Assembly: GCF_040954835.1 (NCBI RefSeq)
Contig: NC_090710.1
Span: forward strand, 31,516,586 to 31,580,585
DNA from: Lepisosteus oculatus
Lineage: Eukaryota
Direction: 5' to 3'
Length of the DNA stretch: 64,000 bases
In this document: piece by piece, positions 28,612 through 42,349 of the stretch
How positions within the stretch are numbered: position 1 is the stretch's first letter
Layout: each line of letters begins with the position of its first letter
The notes under the pieces: generated by a model
What the model was told of the DNA's origin: nothing
Database searches by the model: none
The model's input: the letters and a program-made list of their open reading frames with translations, nothing else
Program-made: the position numbers and the translations under genes

Positions 28612-29160
28612 CTTCCTTCCTCTGCTTTCTCTAGCCAGCAGCCATATCACCCTGCAGCTCTCAGCTCACAGCTGGCAGCCCACTGGAGCTCAGCAGTGTG
28701 AGCCTGGCCAGTACCTGGATGGGAGACTCCTGGGAAAAACCAAGCTTGCTGCTAGAAGACATGTTAGTGGGTCCAGCAGGGGGCGCTCACCCTGCAGTCC
28801 GTGTGGGTCCTAATGCCCCAGCATAGTGACGGGGACACTGTGCTGTAAAAAGGCGCCATTCCTATGAATGAGGCGCAGGACATTTCTTGAAAAGAGCTTG
28901 GGCGTTACCCTGGTGTCCTGACCAAATTTCCCCCTGGCCTTTACTAATCATGGCCTCCTAATAATCCCCATCTCTGAACTGGCTTCATCACTCTGGTCTC
29001 CTCCCCACTGAGAGCTGGTGTGTGGGGAGCATACTGGTGCACTATGGCTGCTGTCACATCGTCCAGGTGGGGCTACAAATTGGTGGTGGTGGAGGGGATC
29101 CCCATTACCTGTAAAAGTGCTTTGAGTGGAGTGTCCAAAAAAGCACTATATAACTGTGAG
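28612..29160 (+). mobile_element. SINE family A, full-length copy in the opposite orientation
   Basis: Reverse complement of the other copies across the whole length. Ends ...tacctgtaaaagtgctttgagtggagtgtccaaaaaagcactatataa. Confidence 0.85.
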
Positions 29161-29539
29161 GAATTATTCCTCTATATTTCAGAATAAAATTCTAAATGTT
29201 CGTGCTCACCATGAAAGGATTAATTTCCTGCGTACCTTCATATCATTAACTATCGTCTTTGAGGTCTGTTTTCGATCTTCCTGTTCTTTTATTCCCACTA
29301 TCAAATCCCGTCTTAAAATGTACATTTATACTCTAGTATTTAGTAGTTTAATTTACAGTATTAGCTCTATGAATACTTTTCCCTTTTGTTATGTCTTAAA
29401 GTACCTTGAATTGATGTATAATGAACAGGACTTTATAAAACATAAGACTATTAGTAGAGATGTAAATCTCCCTTCCAATGAGCCTTTAGTTTTGTAATGG
29501 GTTTTAGTTGCAAAGGTTAGGGGACCAAATCAAACTTTC

Positions 29540-29645
29540 GAGTAAGAAGCTGCGTCAGCATGCGCAGGCTGCAACAGAACAGGTAAAGGTTCATTCTGTG
29601 CTGAAAGGAAAGTAAAAGAAACCCAATATTTTGGCTGTGGAGCCC
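29540..29645. mobile_element. MITE-like element (family D) copy
   Basis: aagctgcgtcagcatgcgcaggctgcaacagaacaggtaaaggtt...ttttggctgtggagcc. Confidence 0.65.
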
Positions 29646-31233
29646 CCTTACCCATTCCTTAAAAAATAAAACTTTATTCTATTCTGCTTTAACCTCCAAA
29701 TAAAAAAACAATTCAAAATCAAAACAGCTCAAGCGTGCAAAATCCTTGTCCTGAGAAAGCGGAACGTGTGAGCTCTGTGACTGTTCATTAGTTTGCTGTG
29801 TAAGGCCGTGACTGATGAAGGGTACATTTTAATAGAAAATAAACAAAGGGAGATCCGTGCAATGGGTTCACTGCCATCCTGTAATCCACACTGCCTCTGT
29901 CTAATAAGAATGGGATTACACACACCACATGACCCAAGTGTAACAGGACTACGCAAGACTACTATGACCGCCCCCTGATGGGCGTGGTGTAGCTATGCTG
30001 GTATGAAATCGTATGATTTTTTGCGAGCAGCAGAAGGGATCCATTCAAGTAGGCATTTATGTGATGTTTAAACACAGCGATGTAAAATATAAAAACAATA
30101 ATTTCCACAGTGCAAATCTGTCAAACCAGATCTTCCTCTTTTGCAAAACAAAATGCATTTCAGAGTGACAGAGCACCACGTCTCCACTTCACTGTTCATA
30201 AAGCCCCACAGAACCGCAAAACCGCAGCTGTGATTCTAAAGGAGCATGTATGTGCATGTATCCCAAAGCCAGAATTAATATCGCATTCAGCTTTTTTAAA
30301 GATGTACAGTATACCACATGCCCAACGAACCTCCTCCTTTGTAAGTAAGGGGTCCTGCATGACACCCCTGAACATTCCTGATGAGATGTTGAAAGGTCGA
30401 ATCTGAGAAAGATGATCCACTCCGTTCGCAGTATATGTGTCTGCTAACTTACACTGTAAAATAAGAATGTATCATTGTCACCAAGATTAAAGAAAAACTA
30501 GTTACCATTTGTACCTCAGATGTAAAACAAATATGGTGGTGGTCCTGATTTACAAAAAAGGAACATTCTGTAGTCTATAACTGATGAGCAACAGACAAGT
30601 CAAAGTTTTCCTTATAAAAACTCACTCGATTGCAAGATAACATGACTAAAATGCAACACCTCCGCAGTCAGCTGATGAAAGTCTCGGGGCTGGAGGCGGG
30701 AGGCAGAATGCGATTGGAGGAGCAGGGGCTGAGCAGGCTGTGCACAGGCAGGCGAGAACGAAACCAAAACTCTGTCCAGACGCACGTGCAGGGGTCCAGA
30801 GCGAGGAAACTCGGAGCGAAGCCGCAAAGGATGATCCAAAGGGGTGGTCCGAAGCTGTAGATGAGCGAGCAAGGGTTAAAGCCAGGTAAACACAAAGCGA
30901 AAACCCTGAGGGTTTTGGAAACAGGCTGGGTACAGAAGCACAAGATACAGTCCAGCGTGGTCAAAAGAGGCCGGGTTGAAGCACGAGGGAGTGATCCAGA
31001 GAACAATGTCAAGCAAGAAAGTAAAGAAGCAAGAGACAACGACCAAAACACTAGCAGGAAAATGCTGAGATACAAGAAAACACTCAATGATCGAGCATAG
31101 AGTTCTGTCATCGCTGATCTTAAAAATCTGCTGGAGGACAAGGTAAGTATTGGTTAACTGTGCGCAGGTGGGATAGATCTACACTGCTGATCTAGTAGCC
31201 ACGGCAACTGATGAGTCAGCAGTTCATCTTTTC

Positions 31234-31235
<2 letters not shown>

Positions 31236-31294
<59 letters not shown>

Positions 31295-31500
31295 TGCTTA
31301 CACTTATATAGAGCTTTTCTGGACACTCCACTCAAAGCGCTTTACAGGTAATGGGAACTCCCCTCCACCCCCACCAATGTGCAGCCCCACCTGGATGATG
31401 CGACGGCAGCCATAGTGCGCCAGAACGCTCACCAGATATCAGCTATCAGTGGGGAGGAGAGCAGAGTAATATAGCCAATTCATAGATGGGGAGCAGTGGT
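31236..31500 (-). mobile_element. SINE family A, 3' half with long (TTA)n tail
   Basis: (TAA)19, then ttgcttacacttatatagagcttttctggacactccactcaaagcgctttacaggtaatggg... Confidence 0.85.
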
Positions 31501-34500
31501 TCTGTGCTGCTGTGAGAGCAGATATGACATTAACAACATTACCTGACCTTTTCTGATCACGTGCTTATGCTTTGATACATATCCAAGCACCACAAACTGA
31601 CATTCACAAATGTTTTGGAAAAATGTTTCCCACTATTTGTAATGGGAAATTTACACATTTTCCAACATTGCCTGACCTGCTTGGTCTCCACTTTTGACGA
31701 GAAAAGAGGCAGAAGCATAGACTAATGGGCATAGAGACATAGTATAGCGACAGCAAGATAAAGTACAGCTATACATCATTCCAACAAAAACTGTAAATTA
31801 ATTGGAACAGCGTCCCATTAGTACATATACTGTAGTATAAAGTAAATATATTAATAGTAAATTTGTAAAAGGCACAATTGTGAGAAAGATGCAGCAAACA
31901 CAGATAAGCAACACTAAAAATGACCATAACATTTAGTACCAGGGTACTATTAAACAAATTACCACAAGTTTCAAGCTTGCTTATATCACACTGATGGACA
32001 GCAGTCCCAACAGTGATTGACGCTGTGATTACCAACACAGTGCGCCAACTTTAAACAAACGATATTCAAAGCTGCAACATTTCTTCATCTGTCGGATACT
32101 ATAAATCTCAAGTTACTCCATACAGAAGTGACACACTCTTACATCCCCTTTTGCACTGGACCCGTGACACCCTGATAGAGATCTTGAGCAGACATCACTG
32201 AAACAAGCACAGCTATGTGAAAAAGAACCATGAAGAACACTGTTTAAAAAGCTGTGTTCACACCACATTGATTGATAAACCGATAGATTATATGCTGATT
32301 GGCCAAAGGGCCTCCTCTCCTTTGCAACCTCTCTTATGTTCTTATGTGTCACGCGCGACATCCCTCCCTAGGGGGCGCTCCACTGCTCCGTTATTGTTCG
32401 TGTGATTAAGCTCTCCAGGTGTACCCTTTTAGTGTTATTATTTAAAGACCAGCTCCTCCAGTCCTCGGCGCTCATCATTATGGTAAGATGTCACGAGGCC
32501 CGCCTAGCACCAGGAAACCCTACGTCCGTCTGCTGAGGGCACAGGCCTCATCCCGACACCTCCCGCTCCCTGAGCCCGGGGTCTGGAGGATCTCGCCCCG
32601 TCACCCTTGGACCTCCATGTTTTGTTCGTCCGTGTGCTCCCCCCTCCCGGGGGTTTTAACTTTGTCGCGTCCCAGGATGGATTCCTCGTTGATGGACTCT
32701 CGGACTGTGCTTTGACCTGCCCTTGGACCTGTTTGGATTTGGATGCCGTTTTGTCTTCCCCGTACACTGTCTCACGGACTGTCACTATTATTTTGTGCAC
32801 TATTAAACCCCTGTGTGTTCCTTTTACCACGCTGTTTTCTCCAGCTCTTACCGCATCGCATAGGGTCTTCTACAAGATCTGACACGGATTTCAGTCTGTG
32901 CTCGTGACATTATGAGCCACAGCTGAACAGTGAAGGTAGTCTGGTTTATTGCACCGCTGAAAGCTTGGAGTTCATTCTACAACACTAGGCAAATTGCCTA
33001 ACTATCTGTGTAAGATATTGCAAATTTTCTGGTTAGGGTGGGTATTTGGCCCACATCCAGCAAAGGAAATAACCAAGATTCGAAATTAAAATAGTACTTC
33101 CACACTCACCCAATCAGTCCACCACAAAGATTTACATCTAAAAAAAAGCTATGATTACGCAGTTATCGCATCTGAGCCGCCGTAAAAGAAAGAACATACA
33201 ACTAAAATACAGAAGACTTTGGTCTGTGAAACCAGTCTTTATCATTCAGGTCAATCCCCAAGTAAGTCTATGTTACTCCATTTATTTATAAACAATTAGA
33301 TCCATCGTAAAACTTAAACAGACCACTATGATGTAAAAGTAAAACATTATTTATTATTATTATTGATATAACTACAGTACTTACCATCCTATACCATTGT
33401 TTAGCATGTTATTTAAAGAATAAAATCAACACACCAACTCTTGGAACGTGGGAGCTGAAAGACACAGCCTTGTTTCACAGTATAAAAAGCTAACATTTTC
33501 AGAAGATCATCTGCCTAAAAAAGGTAAAATCTTGCCGCTCGTTTAATTTTTTTGCCCCCTTTTGCGCCGAACATCCGAGGCCGGGAGGCAGCTAGTTTAA
33601 AAACAATCCCCGAGAGTACCGGAGTGTGGCATGACCTTTAGATCTGCACCTCACCGCCTGCTGTCGCGGCTGCTGTCAGAAGATGCTCTCTGTTCGCCAG
33701 GGACAGAACGCAGACCCAGTGGGCACGGCAATGGAGGACAACAGGGCGAGCAAAAGGAGCGTAAAAAAAAAATCTAATCGCGTTCTCCTGCCGCAGCAGA
33801 GAGCTTTTTTTTCTTTTACTAAATTTGACAACACAATTAAGAACAATTGGTGATTCATTAACACAATTACACGCTTTGCGATTTACAGCAGTTTGCAAAC
33901 CCTTTCAGAAACACACGAAGGGGCCCGGGGAGAGCATCTGACCCAGATCCCGAAATGGTCTTTTCCCCTGTGTGAAGATGACACACAACTGCCTTTAGGG
34001 TTAGGACACACACCCCGACGCTCATAACCATCTATGCTTCAGTCCCTCTGCATCTTTATATTTCCTTCTCTCGGTCTACATACGGTGCATTCCCTTTCTT
34101 GGTCATGAAGAGGGTAGAGTACACATAGGATGCACGTCGGTGTTGGTTTTTAAACCATTTTTCCTCGTCAGCTGTCGACAGCACGGTTGTTCCACGCCTG
34201 CCACCAGAGCAGGACTAAAATGGGACGATATGCCTAGAAAAGCACGCAGCCCGTCACAAGGTATGACACGGTACGCCCCCTCTGGTTTCCTCGCCGAAGC
34301 CCTGTGTTCTTGCAAAAAAACGAATACATGAAAAATAAAACAGGTCAGCGGTAAACACACACACACAAACAAAACGTTCTGTCCTGTTGTGACTTGCAAA
34401 GAAAAATGTGAGTAGGCTTTTCAAAGCGTGTTTGAAATTCCATTCAACCTCTCCACAATTTCCCGATGTTCTCCCTGTGAATATAAAACAGCGCTCAAAC

Positions 34501-37500
34501 GAACATCACACAGCGGACACTACAACCTACAAGCAAGAGAAGGTCATGTGACCTTTACAGCTCATTGGGTTCCTGAACCCCAGGATGTTATCAGGCCATT
34601 TCCTTAGCATCAGTTTCAACAACATGACCTGCTAGCTCATTCCATAATCCTGCAACCCTTTGCATACCAAAGCAGCTTTCGTTGTCACTGTTCAATGCAC
34701 TGTCCTATTTAGTCCTGTCAATTTGTCTATATTAATTGTCATCTCCCGGGTGATTGCCCAGTCTTGAATTTAGTCTTTTTGATTTTCCGTTGCAGCATCT
34801 ACAGTGTTGGCTGTTATGGCAGCATCAGTCAATTGCACTAGTTTACTAACTATAGAATAAATAGTTGTGGATATATAAAACAATATAACTAAAGAATCTG
34901 GATCTCTGACAGAAATGAGAAAGCATACTAATCAAAAGTCCCCTGTGGAGGTCAACTAATTACATCAGCTCAAACTGAACATCCACAACCAAAGTCCAGA
35001 AGTTGTGGATTCAACAAGCACTTCACAGCCTCCATGTTCCCGTAATAAAATTCATCACATATAACTAAATGCAATTGCTATTTTAATCACCCTGTTCAAA
35101 TAGAATATAGGAGCTTCACGACGAGAGTTGGTTCTATTTGGATAGTTGTTACACAATTACAGGTTTCTTAGATAAACAAGAAATTTTTCATTTCTTTACC
35201 AGATTTGTTGTGACCTACGGTTGCTGGCTCACAACAGAGGTCACATGTACATAAAATACTTCTGTTAAAGAGAAGGATTACCAAATAATTACTTAGTTTC
35301 TAGTCTGCTTATCTCCTTGCACTGGGAAGAATGTGAATGATTTCTTGCCTCATGCTTTAGCATCAAAATAAATGTTTTTTGAAACATGAGCTTGCATATG
35401 CAAAATGAGCTGTTTTGAGCTCAATGCCTAAGTCTGAGTTTTGGTTTCTGAGGAATTTACTTTTTTCCAAAGCACATCTGACAGAAATAAGAGCCAACAT
35501 CTTTCTTCACATAAACAAATGTAGCATTTTTTAAATGGTTTCTTCTGGGGACAAATATAGCTCAGGTGTTGGCAGCTACAAGGAACCATGTGTGGAAGTT
35601 GAAATTGTCAACAGTTACAAATATCCTGGCACTGTTGTTGATTTCAAACTAACCTTTGAGGTAAACTCAGATGTCAGAAGAGCCAACATCGATCGTTATG
35701 GTTGAGAAAACTCTGCTCTTGTGTGTAGTACAACAATGTCTTTAATTCTACAGACCTTTCATTCGGTCTATCCCAATATTCACTGCGGTAGCCTGGTCTG
35801 GTAACATTAATACACACAATAAAAACAGACAGTGAAGGAAGCCAGCACAATTACTGGTGCACAACAGCTACAGCTGAGAGATATCTACATCAAACGAACA
35901 GTGCGGAAGGGCTATATAATCAGTGACTGTCATGACCTTTCCTTGCACAGTGAATATGAGCTCCATCCATCAGTGCATCGATTCTGTCTGTTCTAGATTC
36001 AAGTGCAATAGAACCAAGTTATTCTTTATTCCCACAGCTGGCAACCTGCTTAACTTGGACAACTGATTGTATATTTTACTCTTATATTTGTTTTTCTTTC
36101 TCATCAAGCATTGCGTGTTTCCTATTAGTTAAGGGGTTCGTGTCGTGTTGATTGTATTGTGTATTGTGTTATGTCTTTTACACGCCTGCAAAGCAAATTT
36201 CCCATCTGGGACTATGAAAGTAAGTTTGTCCTTGAGTTTCTGCCCAGGCACGCGGCTGCGGTCTTGAGGGTGAGGTTTTTCGGGATGAAATAACATTTCA
36301 GCTCCACACTGCCTGTCCTTCTTTCCCTCTCAGTGCAACATTCCCATCCCTGATTCCATGTCACCCTGAAGTATTCCTAGTCTTTCGTCTCACAGCTCTC
36401 TGTGACTCCAGGCTGCCCTGGGCACGCACAGATTGAAATCAGCCCACTGGGGCCTTGTCTCTTCCCGGAGACATTCAGGTAAACACAGGTGCCGCAGGTC
36501 CAGATGTCAGATGTGACCTCTGTCAGCACCACCTGCTGCCCGGCCCAGGAATTAAAGAGCCCTTTGACACCAGACACTTCCTAGTTGCTACATAAACCAA
36601 AAAAATAGTATGTTTAAATCACACCAGGGTTCAGTATGAATGAGTCAGGCTGTGTATTTTAAAATGGTATTTGTAGATATCAAATTCTTAACTTGAACTG
36701 TATTCACCTAAGGAACACAGTCTAACTACAGGAGACAACGTCTAGTGTGTTAATGCTACTGAAGGAAAACACTACTTAAATAACTTCTAGTTTACATGAG
36801 ACAAGGATATCTACATTTTGAAAAACAATGACTAGAAAATTCAGTAGTAAATATAATATATTGACTCTAAACTATAGTATTTGACATACCTGCATTGTTA
36901 TTTCCTTTAGATCTGGCTGGAATATGTACTGCTTGTTGGCTGTACATTCTGTCCTGGATTCAACCATACAGTATTTCAGTACATTCATTTTTCGTTTCCT
37001 GAGAGAGCAATAGACATGGACAAAGCAGAGGGTTAGAAATTAATTTGAGGGGATCGGGAGGTTAGTGAACACAAACTGATCTTATACACTGCATTGTCTC
37101 TCACTGGAGACATGCTGTGTGCTTTTCTGGGCTCACAGACAACAACCCACGTGCTGTGCGATCATGCACGTTTTAAAAAACTCTGATCAGCAGCTACATT
37201 CCTACTTTCGAGATCGTTCTTGTTGGCGTTTTGCACATTTGCGTTATATAATACCTGAAAAACCTTGTTCACTGCCTGTGCTTGTTGTGCCTGTGACCAA
37301 TTCAAGATAAAAGAAGGCTAGATGGTACGTTTACCGATTTATTGCTTATTTGCAAAAAAAAAGAGTTACATGTTGATCTTTCAAACAGACAAGTACAGCT
37401 TTCTGTTGTTTAACCACGTGGAGGTGAGGAAGTTAAACTCTATACAAACCGTGTACACTGATTAGTAAACAACAAATCTGGAGACCACAGTAAACTATTC

Positions 37501-37544
37501 CTAAAACTCCTACCCTCACAAACCATTCATCAAAGATTTAAGCT

Positions 37545-37790
37545 ATTTTATCCAATTTAGGTTCAGTGGACGGAATGCCAGTCCAACGCAGGGCACACAC
37601 AGACACAGAAACACACCAGGACCAATACTCTCAGAAGCCATTTAACCTACCAGTCTTTAGACTGGGGGGGTGGAAACCGTAGGAACATGCAAACTCCAAG
37701 CAGACAGCACCCCAGGTCCAAAATTGAACCCAAGGTCCCCAACGTCACGATGCAGCACTGCCAACCACTGCACCACAGTGCCACTCACCC
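37545..37790 (-). mobile_element. tRNA-derived SINE (family B)
   Basis: ...gtctttagactggggggggtggaaaccgtaggaacatgcaaactcc...ttgaacccaaggtcc...tgcagcactgccaacc. Confidence 0.8.
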
Positions 37791-38399
37791 TCATAAACCA
37801 TGTAAAATAATCAGTAAACTACCAGGTTTGTAGTTCAAGCAGGTAAACATGATAATAATTCCGTTTAAAACTAGTTATATCGTTTAAATGCAATATTTTC
37901 TCTGTGGCGTTAACATGTTTCCGTGCTACGAAACATACGGTATTTTGTAATCACGGTTTTTTATTTAACCCAATCCGTGACATCGAAAAGATAATATATC
38001 TACTTGTTGTAGATTAGTAGTAATAAACATATTGCCTGTTAATTGGCTGTTTTTAAAGGTATGTGTGAGGGACACGCCGAAATGAATTGTTTGATCAGGG
38101 AAAGAGCAGGATTGTCTTTACTACGGCTTCATGACCCTGCACAGAAACTCACAACCCCTCAGTTTTTCAGCCTTTTATCATGTTAGCTCCTCCTAGCGGA
38201 TTATTTTGATATCATCTGAGGGGAAAAAAAAAATTACCAGAACATTGTCCCCTTACCAGAGTGCCCCTTGCCTGGTAATATTACAACTTTGTTTTTCGTC
38301 CCACTGCCTCGGGGGGGGTGAAAATTACAATTCACGAAGAATTTCCTATGATTATTATTTTTTTATTCTTTAACGTACTTTTTTTTAAAAAAAGGACGT

Positions 38400-38666
38400 C
38401 ATTCGTTAACAAGTTCGGTGCGGTTCCTCGACTGAACGAAACAACCGACATATCACTATTACCCACCATTAAAAAAAAAAAACAAAAAAAACGAGGTCTG
38501 AGAAATTGAATAAGAAGTCTTATCGAACAAAACAACGGACCCGGCGACCCGGAAAATACCGACGATAAGGAAAGCGAGCGCTGGCGGGCCGGCGTTTGAC
38601 CGCGGCCGGGCGGAGGGCTTAAGGAGGGCGCTAGGCCTCGCCGCTCGAGCGAGGGACGGGTCCGAC
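38400..38666 (+). promoter_or_regulatory. rnf17: putative rnf17 promoter / 5'UTR, CpG-rich and TATA-less
   Basis: Dense CpG at 38520-38740 immediately upstream of the ATG at 38667. No TATA box. G8 and A11 homopolymers lie at 38300-38480. Confidence 0.4.
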
Positions 38667-38736
38667 ATGTTGGAAGGCTCCGGCGAGCGAAGCGCCCCGG
38701 TGTGCGAGGGCTGCTCTCGTCAATACACGCTGTCAG
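38667..38736 (+). CDS. rnf17: rnf17 exon 1 (start codon; MLEGSGERSAPVCEGCSRQYTLS)
   Basis: ATG in the CpG island. Donor cag|gtaac leaves 1 nt that joins exon 2 in frame. The first Cys pair of the RING is here. Confidence 0.7.
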
Positions 38737-39959
38737 GTAACACACCTGTTAGAAATGCGCGCAGCTATCGGTAGTGAAAGTGAAAAAGTCATGTAAAATG
38801 GCATGTCCGTACCCACCCCGCCTCGCAAACACACGTACATGATAAAATGTTTCGTGGGCTTGTAGGCCAGGTTACGGTTTTAACCGCGGGCTTGGCGGCC
38901 ATCAGAGGACATGACAGACGTATAAAGCGATTAAAAATGGGCATGAACGCAAGAAGCTTGTGTACTCGCCGTGCAATAACGACCTGAGCTCCTACTTGCT
39001 AAAAAACGGTTTTGATGAGTGGGGGGCCGGAGAGGAGGAAGGGTAGGCACACAGAAAGTGTTTTTTTTTGTGTGTGTGTGTTGCAGTTGGCGTCTTGATC
39101 TGTTTGTCAGTCGACTGAAACGTTTTGGTATAAAACCCATTAAGTGTCATCTCACGACATTATAAGTTAATGCACTCGGTGTCAGCAATGGTAAGTATAA
39201 AATAATTTCATACACGAAAGGTCAAAGGTTCAAGGGTGATTTGTTCTCTCTTGGTACTGTACAGTATAAAGCAGACTTTGTTTTCCCTTCAGACAAAACT
39301 ATACAGTGTACAAAAATGAGTATTTCGTGCTTTGGACAAAATGCCAAGAAATATTTCATTTTTTAAGAATGCCTGAGAGGCTGTAGTATTGAGAAATGTA
39401 GGAGAAGCTCTTCAAGTGTATATAGCCCTTCAAGTGGTATATCCCCTTTGTATGGTAATTTTGTGTAATATTGTGATGATTTTCTTATTGCCTTATGAGC
39501 AGTGGGGGAAAAAACGGTAGGCAGTGGCTTTTAACACTTAATTTTAAACATAACTGATTCACAAAATAACTAGGTTATAGGGAATTAAGTGTCTAAGTAA
39601 CTCTGAACATTTTAATGTACAGTACTAGAACAGGCTATATCCTTATTGTTGTGTTCAGATTATTTTTCATCCTCTTGAATGGAACTGAGGCTCCAGCACA
39701 GGAGGGATGCTAGTGAGTGTAAATATCTCTTCACGCTTCTAATTCCTTTTTGACAAAAAAGCTTCTCAGTGACGGTAATAGGAATAATAACCGCGGGCGA
39801 CAGGGATTCGGCACAGAGAAGCCACATGTTGCTGTGCGATCGTAAAGATTACGAGTGGCTGTCAAATGCGAGCTGGAGTTCAGGAAAGAGATGTACAACC
39901 TCATTTTGACCAGTTCTTTCTTGGTTTAAGGGGGGGTTTATTTTGGTTTTGTTCCACAG

Positions 39960-40075
39960 AGGATGAGGTAGTTGGAAACTTACCCCTGGTCCTGGTTTGT
40001 GGGCATGTCTTCTGTTCGTCATGTCTGTGGTCCTTGGCCAGTAATGGCGAAGTCATCGTGTGTCCACAGTGCAAG
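39960..40075 (+). CDS. rnf17: rnf17 exon 2 (RING finger C3HC4: EDEVVGNLPLVLVCGHVFCSSCLWSLASNGEVIVCPQCK)
   Basis: Acceptor ccacag| and donor aag|gtaagg. Matches the human CELQCGHAFCELC...ICPDCE segment. Confidence 0.9.
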
Positions 40076-40315
40076 GTAAGGTCGCCCTGCCATACGGCAG
40101 TATCCCCATGTGCCAACCAGAGGCTACCAGAGGTTAGCACTCATTTTCATTGTGGCATTATGGCTGCCAGCAGCAATGCTAAGAATCCCTCCATTTTGCA
40201 CCTGCTCTGACATTTCATAGTACTTAAGGGTGTGTGATGCTTAGGACGAATTAGGACCTTGTATTATTTAGTCTCATTGTGAAGATCTTTAGTAAAGAAA
40301 ATACAGTGGAAGCAT

Positions 40316-40318
<3 letters not shown>

Positions 40319-40370
<52 letters not shown>

Positions 40371-40810
40371 AAAAAAATCCTTAGATAGATATATAGTGTG
40401 CTTTTCTTGACACTCCACTGAAAGCATTTTACAGGTAATAGGGACTCCCCTCCACCTGATGCTAAGGCAGCCAGAGTGCACCAGTACGCTCCCCTCACAA
40501 TAGCTCTCAGGGAGGAGGAGAGCAGAGTGATGAAGCCAGTTCAGAGATGGGGATTATTAGGAGGTCATGACTGGTTAGGGCCGATGGGAAATTTGGCCAG
40601 GTTGCTGGGGGAACACCCCTGCTCTTTGTGAGAAACACCCTGGGATTTTTAATGACCACAGAGAATCAGGAGTCTGTTTTACATCTCGCCTGAAGGACGG
40701 TGCCTTTTTACAGTCTAGTGTCCCTGCCGCTGTACTGGGGCATTAGGACCCACATAGACCACAGGGTGAGCGCCTCCTACTGGCCCCACTAACACCAGTT
40801 CCAGCTCCAT
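40319..40810 (-). mobile_element. SINE family A copy in rnf17 intron 2, with (TTA)n tail
   Basis: (TAA)16, head/tail motif, then the conserved body ...gatgaagccagttcagagatgggg..tattaggagg.catga... Confidence 0.85.
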
Positions 40811-41423
40811 AGACTTGCTCATGCCTGATTAAGCTGTGTGCTTGGCTCCTAGCATCCATTTCATAATTACACATCACCCTGGAAACACTGTGTTATTTCA
40901 CTAATAATTACTGTTTACACAATAGCAGAGAGGTGAGTAAATTGATATTGATTTACTTAACTCTCTGTTATCGAGAGGTACAGTAAGAGTTTTTTGTATG
41001 CTGTATCGTTAAGGTATAATTGAAAGTTCTTTGTGTGCATTAGTTTAAGTATTTTAAAGGTTTGTTATGCAGCATGATTAAAGGTTTGTTGTTGTCTTAA
41101 TTCTAGGTAATAACTCACTTCTTATTAAAAGTGCACAGCTGTGTACCATAAGTTTATTCTAGAGTACTATCATTTTTTTGAGGTGGCCATCATTTTGTTA
41201 AGAAGGTTTTGTTTTTGTGGGGTACTGCACGTTCTTTGCTGTCTCGTGCCCAGCTGTGGAACCTGGGGCCTGCGGTTGAGGCTGTTGCCCAAAACCCAAG
41301 TTATATGATTGGCGTCAGATTTTAATTTGAAAAAGTGTGGAGTGGAAGTGGGCTTTGTATTTGCATTGCATATCTCAGACACGGGGAGAGGGGAAGCCCT
41401 AACGCATGGCAGTGTCCCTGCAG

Positions 41424-41521
41424 GCTGAAACTCAGCTGAGTGTTGATGGGGTCGAAGGTCTTCCAGGAGACAAGAGGATCATGGGACTGATCTATACCAC
41501 CGATATGAAGAGACAGAAAAG
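41424..41521 (+). CDS. rnf17: rnf17 exon 3 (AETQLSVDGVEGLPGDKRIMGLIYTTDMKRQK)
   Basis: Acceptor ccctgcag| and donor aaag|gtgacg. Phase continues cleanly. Confidence 0.75.
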
Positions 41522-41927
41522 GTGACGCATGCTTGTAATAGAGTGGTGTGTAAAAAGGAGCAACAAAAAGGCTTGTTCTTTTAATAGAAGTGAAAGGGAA
41601 ATGGGTGCATACTGTCCATTCTGCACTGATGTAGCTCAGGGAAGCTGTTGTCGTTGAGCTTAGACTCCTGAGTGTTTTACTGTGATAAATGTGGACTAAT
41701 AGCAGTACCTTAAAACAAAACAGTGTGCTTCTTTAGACAGGACTATATACACAAAACTTTATTTTATATCTTAATAATGGTATGATGAGTCTGATTAAAA
41801 TGTAGATTTTTTTTATCTGTGTGTCTTGGATCAAATATTAGGAACTAGTATTAGCATTACTTTAACTAACATTAAATGTCCTGATACATGCTTATACCCC
41901 ACTTGATCATGTTTTTTTTTTCCCAGC

Positions 41928-42024
41928 CAAGCTAAGACTTCAGTCAGTGAAGAGCTGCCAGCTTTAGAGATGTGTTGCCAATCTGTGCTTTTGAGTGATG
42001 TAAACAAGGAGAAGACTGTATTGG
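41928..42024 (+). CDS. rnf17: rnf17 exon 4
   Basis: Acceptor ttttttttcccag| and donor ttg|gtatga. In phase with exon 3 (carry 2). Confidence 0.7.
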
Positions 42025-42349
42025 TATGAATACAATATTACATTTTGTGTTGTTTGTAGTAAAACATGAGGACAGGTTATTTTAACAGGTGAATTTGACT
42101 TCATAATATTGTCAAGAATCAAGTCGCTGAAATTAGAACCACTGTGTGTTATTTGTTTAGTGATAGGGGTGCTATTTTGTCATTTAAAGTGGCCATCCTG
42201 TTGTCATATGCAGTGCGTATATATGCAGAATTTTTGCATTGGTTGGTAATATGAAATGTGCTGTTTCTGTAGATTGCATTGTCTGTGATAGCACCTCAAT
42301 TGAGAACAGGTTTTGCAATTAAAAAAGTCTGTTTAATTTTTTCATGTAG

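Noticed and set aside
32330-32880. CpG-rich block starting tgtcacgcgcgacatcc... with attaaa near its end; possible solo LTR
   Set aside because: Termini are not a clean TG...CA inverted pair. No TSD is visible, and no second copy occurs in the window. This is insufficient to call an LTR.
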